A DNA stretch of 64,000 nucleotides from Batkoa obscura. Lineage: Eukaryota. The stretch covers positions 124,001 through 188,000 of the forward strand of contig JASVEC010000012.1 in the NCBI GenBank assembly GCA_030770535.1, read 5' to 3'. Within the stretch, counting starts at the first letter, position 1; each line of letters begins with the position of its first letter. The notes beneath the pieces were generated by a model. The model made no database searches and was not told the origin of the DNA. It worked only from the letters and a program-made list of their open reading frames with translations. Shown in pieces: positions 53,193 through 64,000 of this stretch. The position numbers and the translations under genes are program-made.

Positions 53193-54122
53193 TCATTTCA
53201 GTCTAGCAAAAGTTTCGATCCCAATACCAAAGAAAACGAGACCGACAGCGCACCAACGGTCAAACGTGAGAGTATGGTTATACAAAAAGAGGGATAACAA
53301 TAAAGTAAAAAGTTTTCTAGTGACTGTTACAGTGACCAAAACCAAAGATCCATAATTTTCCAAAGTATAAAAGATGAAGCATTGGCCCAATGAACCACAT
53401 AAAGAAAATAATAAAATGTCTTTCCAAACCTGTGAATTTCTTGAACAAAAGCTCAAAGCTTGACTAAGTTCTGGATTATATGGATTTATCAACCAAAAAA
53501 ACATCAAACCAGCCGAAAACAATTGCATATAAAACATCATTTGTTGGGAGGTGAGTTTATGTTTAATAAATATCTGATCCTGTGTTGAGTTGGTCACTCC
53601 ATCCATCAATAAGTTCATAAACACTAAAAATAAACCATAAACCGAAGAGCTTACCACTTTAGAACTTTTCTTATTGGGTTCTAGATACATGAACAAAGCT
53701 ACCCCCAAGGTGACAAAAAATACAGTTAAATACTTGTATAGTGGGAACTTACGTCTATATAATATCACGTTTAATAACAAGACTGGTACCAACTTACACG
53801 ACTTTCCTAGTACCAAAGTGGGATAATCAATGTGCTTCAATGAAGCATAGCCAAAAGGAGAAGCTAGGGCATTGGTCACAGCAGCTTGGGCCACCTTGGC
53901 TAATAACTCTCTACTTGGTGTACCAATACTCCTCTTTGTCAACTTAATATAAGTAAATGCCACCAGACATGCGATAGTAGCTTGAATAAAATTTAAAAAG
54001 ATAAAATAGTTAAATTTTTCATTTAGCAAACCATAAGTTGTTGTTGATACCCTCTCTTGTAATACTCCCCATGTTAAAAAACAGCCATAAATACCACCAA
54101 TACAAAATAATAGATCCAACAT
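53193..54122 (-). CDS. HUT1: UAA-family ER transporter Hut1/SLC35B1
   Basis: GIYGCFLTWGVLQER, ASLKHIDYPT..LGKSCKLVPV, DGVTNSTQD, GQCFIF.TL..YGSL.LVTVTVTRK. Confidence 0.93.
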   Translation of the reverse strand: MLDLLFCIGGIYGCFLTWGVLQERVSTTTYGLLNEKFNYFIFLNFIQATIACLVAFTYIKLTKRSIGTPSRELLAKVAQAAVTNALASPFGYASLKHIDYPTLVLGKSCKLVPVLLLNVILYRRKFPLYKYLTVFFVTLGVALFMYLEPNKKSSKVVSSSVYGLFLVFMNLLMDGVTNSTQDQIFIKHKLTSQQMMFYMQLFSAGLMFFWLINPYNPELSQALSFCSRNSQVWKDILLFSLCGSLGQCFIFYTLENYGSLVLVTVTVTRKLFTLLLSLFLYNHTLTFDRWCAVGLVFFGIGIETFARLK

Positions 54123-54689
54123 TTGAGTTGTTTGTTGATGAAATTTCGATTTTTATTATCTATGTAAATTAAACTTCTAGATTTACTCCAATCATATTCT
54201 TACAACTTTATTACGATGAGATGGACAAGCTTAATTGGCCGATACTAATTTGGGCAATGACCTGTTCATTGTAATTAAACCAATCAATAGTGCCAGCTAA
54301 GCTTGGTAGCTTAAATAATAGATTATTAGCACAAAAAAAAGTAAAATAATTAATGACTAATATACATATTACTAATAGTGTGGGTAATAAATTTCATGCT
54401 TGAAAAGGAACTTACAGTAAAGTAGCTACAGTTATAAATGGCTATAGTACATCAAGGGGCGTCCTCGTGAATATATATGTAGCTTATCCTATAGCAAATA
54501 AGCTTAACTATTTACATCATAAGAGCTTAATACTCCCTGAAAGTCTTTATTCTTAGCCAATAAAAAGGCTCCTCGTTTAGAGTCGAATATCAGCGAATAA
54601 AAGGATACCAAGTAAAATAAAAAGTATATAAAAAAAGCAAAAAGCAAAAATTTGATAACCATTCTTTTCATTCACCCGTCATATCTATA
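54123..54689. promoter_or_regulatory. Bidirectional HUT1/PDI1 promoter with ERSE-like motifs
   Basis: CCAAT-N9-CCTCG at 54557-54575 (+) and CCAAT-N9-CCATC at 54238-54220 (-); TATA-like TATATAAA near 54626. Confidence 0.5.
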
Positions 54690-56439
54690 ATGAAATTTTT
54701 AAATCAAATTGCTTATACCTTGCTTTTCGCTGCTGGTTTCCGTGGTGAAGAAGCTAAGGTTTCTGATGTATTAGACCTTAACAAGGAAAACTATGCTAGT
54801 ACCCTTAAGGCTGAAAAACTCATCTTAGTTGAATATTTCGCCCCATGGTGTGGTCACTGCAAAGCTCTTGGTAAGTTTTATTTTTTGTTTAAATTGGGAT
54901 TGGTTTAACGCAACTTTAGCTCCTGAATACGAGCTTGCTGCTACTGCCCTTAAAGAACATAACATCAAAATCGCTAAGGTTGATTGTACCGTTGAACAAG
55001 ATATCTGCCAAGAAGAAGGTATCCAAGGTTACCCATCCCTCAAAGTTTTCTCGTAATTTTTACTATGTTATTTATTTTTGATTTAAACTAACCTTTTTAA
55101 TAGTGATGGTAATGCTTCCAGCTATGGTGGTCAACGTAAGAGTGATGCTATCATTAGCTTCATGAAGAAGTAGGTTTACAACTGCCTTTAGTTAATGCAT
55201 AATTAACATCTTTTTAGACAAGCCCTTCCAGCTGTTTCTGAACTCAAAGCTGATGAACTTGAAAAATTCTCCACTTCCGATAGAGTAGTACTTATTGGTT
55301 TTGTTGAAGAAGGTAGCAAAGAACGTAAAGTTCTTGATGAACTTGCCAATAAACACCGTAATGATTTCCTCTTTGGTGCTATCTCAGATAAAAAGGTAGC
55401 CAAGAAAGAAGGTGCTTCTAAGAATGGATTCGTCCTTTATAAACAATTCGATGAAGGTAAAAACGTTTATGATGGTAAAGTTAACGAAGAAGACCTCCTT
55501 GAATTCATCAAAACTAACTCTATCCCTCTCATTGACGAAATTGGTCCTTCCAACTTTGCTACTTATATGGATTCTAAGAAGCCAATTGCCTACATCTTTG
55601 TTGACAAAGTAGAAGACCGTGAAACTTATGATAAAGACCTCAAAGACCTTGCTAAAGAAACCAAAGGCAAAATCAACTTTGTTTTCCTTAATGCTACCCT
55701 CTATGGACGTCATGCTGAATCTATTAACCTTAAAGAAGAATTCCCAGCTTTCGGTATTCAACAAATTGACCCAGCTGGTAAATTCCCACTTGATGGTGTT
55801 AAAGAACTCAATGCCAAAGCTATTACCAAATTCGTTAAAGAATTTTTAGCCGGTGACTTAAAACCATCTATTAAATCTGCTGCTGCCCCAGAAAAGAACG
55901 ATGGACCTGTCAAGGTTATTGTTTCTGATGAATTTGATCAAATTGTTAATGAAGCTGATAAGGATGTCTTAGTTGAATTCTATGCTCCATGGTGTGGACA
56001 CTGCAAGAAGCTTGGTAAGTTTATTTATTTTAAATTCCAGGATTATTAGGACTTATATTAATTTATAGAACCAATTTACAAGGAACTTGGTGAAGCTTAT
56101 GCTGATAAAAAGAACATTGTTATTGCTAAGATGGATGTTATTGATAATGATCTTCCATATGGTGCTAAATTTGAAGTCAATGGCTTCCCAACAATCAAAC
56201 TTTTCAAAGCTGGTAAAGATAAGGAAATTGTTGAATATGAAGGTGATCGTACCCTTGAAGATTTAGCTAAATTCCTTGCTGAAAATGCTGTGTAAGTTTT
56301 TTTGTTATTTTATCTACGTATTTCTTTATTAATTTATTTTATTAGCAATGATGCTAAGGTTGAACTCAAAAAATCTGAAGAATCACCTGAAGAAGACTCA
56401 AGTGAAAAGGCTGAAGAAGAAGAAAAGGATGAGTTATAA
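54690..56439 (+). CDS. PDI1: Protein disulfide isomerase
   Basis: Signal peptide, two APWCGHCK thioredoxin sites, acidic tail ending KDEL-stop; 5 introns. Confidence 0.97.
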
Positions 56440-57309
56440 GCTTAATTATCTTTAATTTTAAATAAAATAAATGTTCAAATTAAAGATTATTTTTTATTGT
56501 CTTTAAATATAAACTAAGAGTTGTTATATTGGTGTTAATGATTGTTAGTAATTGTTATAATTGAAAGTTAAGTTTAATTGAAAGTTAAGTTTAATTGAAT
56601 GGTTTATTAAAAGAGATGGTTGATAAAAGTAGTAAAGGTTGGAAATTACAGCTTACTTAATTTTAAGTGATTGGTTAAAATTATAAAAATCAAAGATTTA
56701 AAAAAAAATTTAACCTTGAACTTAAAAGGATAAGTATCTTTATTTGGAAATAATAAGAGCAAACAAGTTAGCAGGCCAACTGACTAAAAGGTCAATGCCT
56801 TTGGAATTGGATTATAGTTGTTTTATGGATAGGTAAGTATTGTTGGGCCAAACTATTAAATAAAAATTAAAATCATATTATTGTATTATTTATTATAATC
56901 TCTGCTTTTAAAAAAGTTTTAATTTTATTTATTTTATTATTAATAAACTTTAATATTAGACTATAATATTATATTTATATTTAATAAACTCTTAAAACAA
57001 TATGAAATTAAAATTTTATTATATTAAATGACTAAAATATAGTAAAATACACAAATGATTCAATAATTGCCTAAAAATTATACTGTTTTAATTTGATATT
57101 TTAATTTGATATTTTAATTTTAAAAACATATATAAAAGTTTTATTTGCATTATAAAGCTTTCTCAATTTTTTAGAAAGCTTATTAGCTAATTTATAGCAG
57201 ATACCAGGTTTAGTCTTTTTTTGTATTTTTGCAAATTTTATTAAATACAGTTGATTATAAAAAAAAATTTAGTAATTAAAATTAATTTGTAAATAAAAAA
57301 ATAGTATAT

Positions 57310-57407
57310 AAAAATGTGTTTTTTTATTTATAAATTTTACTAATAAATTCTTTGCTTAAACAGTGTGAAAAATTAAAAAAATGTTAAAGCTAAAAAAAAA
57401 CATTATT
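57310..57407 (+). mobile_element. Very degenerate AT-shifted MITE family A copy
   Basis: Residual pattern tgtgttttttt..aattttactaa..gcttaaacagtg..aaagctaaaaaaaaaca. Confidence 0.45.
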
Positions 57408-57968
57408 ATATAATAAAATTTTAAAAAAAATATAATAAAAAGTTTTTTTTATATTTCATATTTTGTGTCAAAGTGTTATATACGAAAAACATGCTATCAG
57501 TTATAATTTTTTATTATAGCTACTAAGTGTAAGTATCAAAATATAAAAATAATGTTTTTTGCATTAAATTTTTTTTTTAAATTAATTATATAAATTTATA
57601 AATATATTTAATTTTAATGATAAAATTACCTAAATTAAATTAATAAAATAATATTTTGCAATATGAATATTATTATTATATAATATAAGCTTTATTATTT
57701 ATTTATTTATTTAAAATTTATTAATAACATAAAAAAAGTTACATTATAGGATCAGTTATACCTTTTATTATGTATCTGTATTAAACTTGTAATTTAAAAA
57801 ATCAAATTGTTTAAAAAAATTTTACTCCAACATTTAAATCATTATCAGTAAACTCTTTAATTGGTAGCCTTTTGCAGCTACTTTTTGCAACTTTATTGAT
57901 GTGTTAAATTTCAATAAGTTCCTAAATATTGATATTTTATTTTTTACATAAAATTTAAGAAATTCAAT

Positions 57969-58784
57969 ATGAATCCTGAAGACATTGATGATATGGATTT
58001 CCCTTTGCCAGGGGCAGTTGCCGTGGATGATTTTAGTAATGTTGGACCTAAGAAAATGATTTATTCTGAAGATGAACAAAAGTTTAAAGAGTAAGTTAAA
58101 ATTTGTTTTTGTTTCTATTAATTACTTTGTATCTACTTTTTAAAAAAAAGAGGGATTAATAGTTGATGATTCTTTTTTTTTTGATAAAGAGTATTTAGAA
58201 AAGAATTCAATAATACCTTTTTTTATCTTAGTTGGACCGTTATCTATCCAATTTATTTTGATAAGGCACGAAAATTTGGAAGTGGTGGTAGAAGAGTTAA
58301 TAAGGAATTAGCTATTGATAAACCAAATGTTTTACACTTACTTTATGTAACACATAACTTGGGATTAAAAACAACGTTTGAAGTAAGAAAGATTTTTATT
58401 GCTCTAAATATCAAACTTTTTTTGAATCTAAAGAAAGATATATTAAGTATGAATAACATTGATTTTATATCAAATAGGTATTAAAACGTCATCCTAAAGA
58501 TTTTGATAATTATGGTCGTATTCGAGTAAATTTATTATTGGATAATGGGTTTTATTGTTTTGATGATATTACTTCAAGTAAGGAATTTTATATATATATT
58601 AATTCATTTGTTTAATTTTAATTTTAATTTTAATTTATTATTGTTACTAGAAAAACAACTATTATTAAAGATAGCTGAATTACTTCCAAATGCTAAAGAT
58701 ACTGTTGATGAAGTGGATACTTTTGATCCTAAAATGTTAGTTGAAAAAGCTAATCAATTGATTGCTAATATTGGAAGGTTTTAA
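57969..58784 (+). CDS. SEC65: Signal recognition particle subunit SRP19/Sec65
   Basis: DIDDMDFPLP, WTVIYPIYFD..GRRV....AIDKP, KRHPKDF.NYGRIRV, KKQLL..IA; 3 introns. Confidence 0.92.
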
Positions 58785-58869
58785 AATAAAAAATAAAAAT
58801 AAAAATAAAAATGAAGAATGATAACTTAATATTAACTAATAAAATAAGACTATTATGATATTTTTTATT

Positions 58870-59535
58870 TTAAATTAACCCTGATTGAGTCAAATATTTA
58901 ATTAAATTTGATGAAAATAAATGATTATTAAAAGACCAAGAATGACCTTTTACTTTATCTTCTATTTCATTATTTATCTCTTTTCCTTCTTCTTCTTCTT
59001 CATCGTTAAGATTAATATTTTCCATAGCACTGGTATTTGTTGTTATTGATAATGGATTTTTTAATATATTATTAATATAGATGGACTCAAATATATATTT
59101 TAATGTATCTTTTTGATTTTTACAATTAATATCAGAATTTAATACAAATCTTAAACCTGATAAAGTTTCAAAATAATGTAATTTATACGAGTCAGTACTA
59201 AAGGTAAAGAAACCATCTCTAAATTTAAAAAAATTAACAATAAAAAATTATAAACATAAAACTTACTCTAATTTCTCAGATAATTTTAAAATGAAATTTT
59301 TTAGTGAAAAAATAGTACCATATAATAATTTATTTTTTTCAATAAATTCAGCTTCATTAAAATTCATATTATAATATTCCATATCATACCCTTGTTTATA
59401 ATCCGGCCAAATAAAATAATCAATTGTATTTCCTGGTTTTAAACCTCCTGTTTGAGTAAAATTGATTCGATTTTGAAATTCAATATAATAAACGCACTCA
59501 CATTCTCGATTGAATATATAAAAATTATATAACAT
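58870..59535 (-). CDS. BET5: TRAPP complex subunit Bet5/TRAPPC1
   Basis: MLYNFYIFNR.CECVYY, KLLYGTIFSLKN, F.TDSYKLHYFETLSGLRFVLNSD, KNPL; 1 intron. Confidence 0.9.
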
Positions 59536-59701
59536 TTTAATTGAAGATTAGGTTGAGTTATGGAAAAAAATAAAAAAATTTAATAAAAATATTAAAATGT
59601 TGATTACTTAGAAAATAGATATATATATAATTTTTTATTGGTTCAATTAACTATTTCTAACCAATAGAAACCAACCACTTAATACAATGAACTCCTCTAC
59701 C

Positions 59702-60046
59702 TTAGATCATCTCTACTTCAGTAATTATTGTTGGCCTTGTATTAAAACTAATTTTTTTATTAATAATCCCATTTAATTTATAATCTTTATCATCCTCCTT
59801 CTTTGATATATAAGCCAACTTTTTTTTTAGTTCAATTAATTCACCTTCTAATTGATAATTTTCAATAGTTAATACTACTTTGTTAGATGTTGGAGAGAAA
59901 GTTAAATCACCTACTACGATAGGAGTATTAGGAGTTGAGGACTCAATGTTATGCTCAATAACACCTTGTAAGTCTAAGAGAATTAATTCCGAATTACAAA
60001 GTATTTGTTGAGTGGGTTCATTAGGATTAATTTGAATTTGTACCAT
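59702..60046 (-). CDS. CTF8: Chromosome transmission fidelity protein Ctf8
   Basis: LLDLQG.IE, VGDL.F, LTI..YQLEG....LKK.LA, INKKI.F.TRP. Confidence 0.85.
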   Translation of the reverse strand: MVQIQINPNEPTQQILCNSELILLDLQGVIEHNIESSTPNTPIVVGDLTFSPTSNKVVLTIENYQLEGELIELKKKLAYISKKEDDKDYKLNGIINKKISFNTRPTIITEVEMI

Positions 60047-60172
60047 TTTGATAAGCTTTTAATTATTATTGTTTAAAATGAGCTAAATAAAGTTTTATAA
60101 AAAATTAAGGGAATAAAGTTAAATTTTTTAAAAAAAATTATAAATATTCTTTTTAAAAAAATAATTCAAATT

Positions 60173-63459
<3,287 letters not shown>

Positions 63460-63511
63460 AATTAAAAATTAAAAATTAAAATTAAGATGTTTATTTTGAT
63501 TTATTTTATGT

Positions 63512-64000
63512 CTAATCTTGATCTATTTTTTGTTTAAATTTAAACTGTACATACAGTTGATTTAAAAAATTGTTTAGGATTACCATTAGATAATAGAAAT
63601 TTGCGATTTAATTCTTTTAAAGAGAAACCTAAAAATAAAAATAAAAAGATTAATATTAAATATAATAACAAATTATAATAAAAAATATATAAAAAGAATA
63701 AAATTTAATAAATTCAACTTACTCTTAAAAATTAAATGAGCTTCATTATAATATTTATAAATACTTTCTGCTTCTTTTAAATTGAAATTATTGATATTAA
63801 ATTGTTGATATTGAATCTTCTTATTCTCCGATACCCTTGATAGAAACTCATCATATTTGATCTCTTCTTCATTATTCTTATTATTAAATTCATTACTACT
63901 ATATTTTAAATCAATAGTAGAATTAGCTCCAATAATTAATCCTTGATTCTATTTAAGAGAATAAAAAAATATTATTAATATTAATATTAATATTAAATAT
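63512..64000 (-). CDS. 3' end of a probable mitochondrial ribosomal protein mS29 (Rsm23/DAP3)
   Basis: Last two exons give GLIIGA.S...FNLKEAESIYKYY....KELNRKFLLSNGNPKQF; the gene runs off the window end. Confidence 0.55.

Overview
AT-rich eukaryotic DNA with many short (about 40-55 nt) GT-AG introns. Gene content and intron style suggest an early-diverging fungus, plausibly Entomophthoromycotina (inference only). The window has two compartments. The first (about 1-47 kb) is repeat-rich, with three stand-alone HSF-domain genes, a cationic secreted protein, NADPH oxidase NoxA, SUMO ligase Siz1, spermidine synthase, an SPX-domain/M14 deacylase (AstE/AspA) fusion gene, ERF4 and a mutated tRNA-Asn. 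It also carries a decayed Sola-like DNA transposon with about 20 copies of its 100-bp MITE, nested solo-LTR-like elements, and a 1.3-kb inverted duplication holding a trypsin pseudogene. The second (about 48-64 kb) is gene-dense housekeeping DNA: SMC6, HUT1/PDI1 head-to-head, SEC65/SRP19, BET5, CTF8, a gamma-tubulin complex subunit with a 64-Asn tract, and a probable RSM23/DAP3 3' end. The best novelty candidate is the intact 7-exon SPX-M14 deacylase fusion, a possible inositol-pyrophosphate/phosphate-regulated amidohydrolase. All gene models were spliced by eye and no database searches were run.
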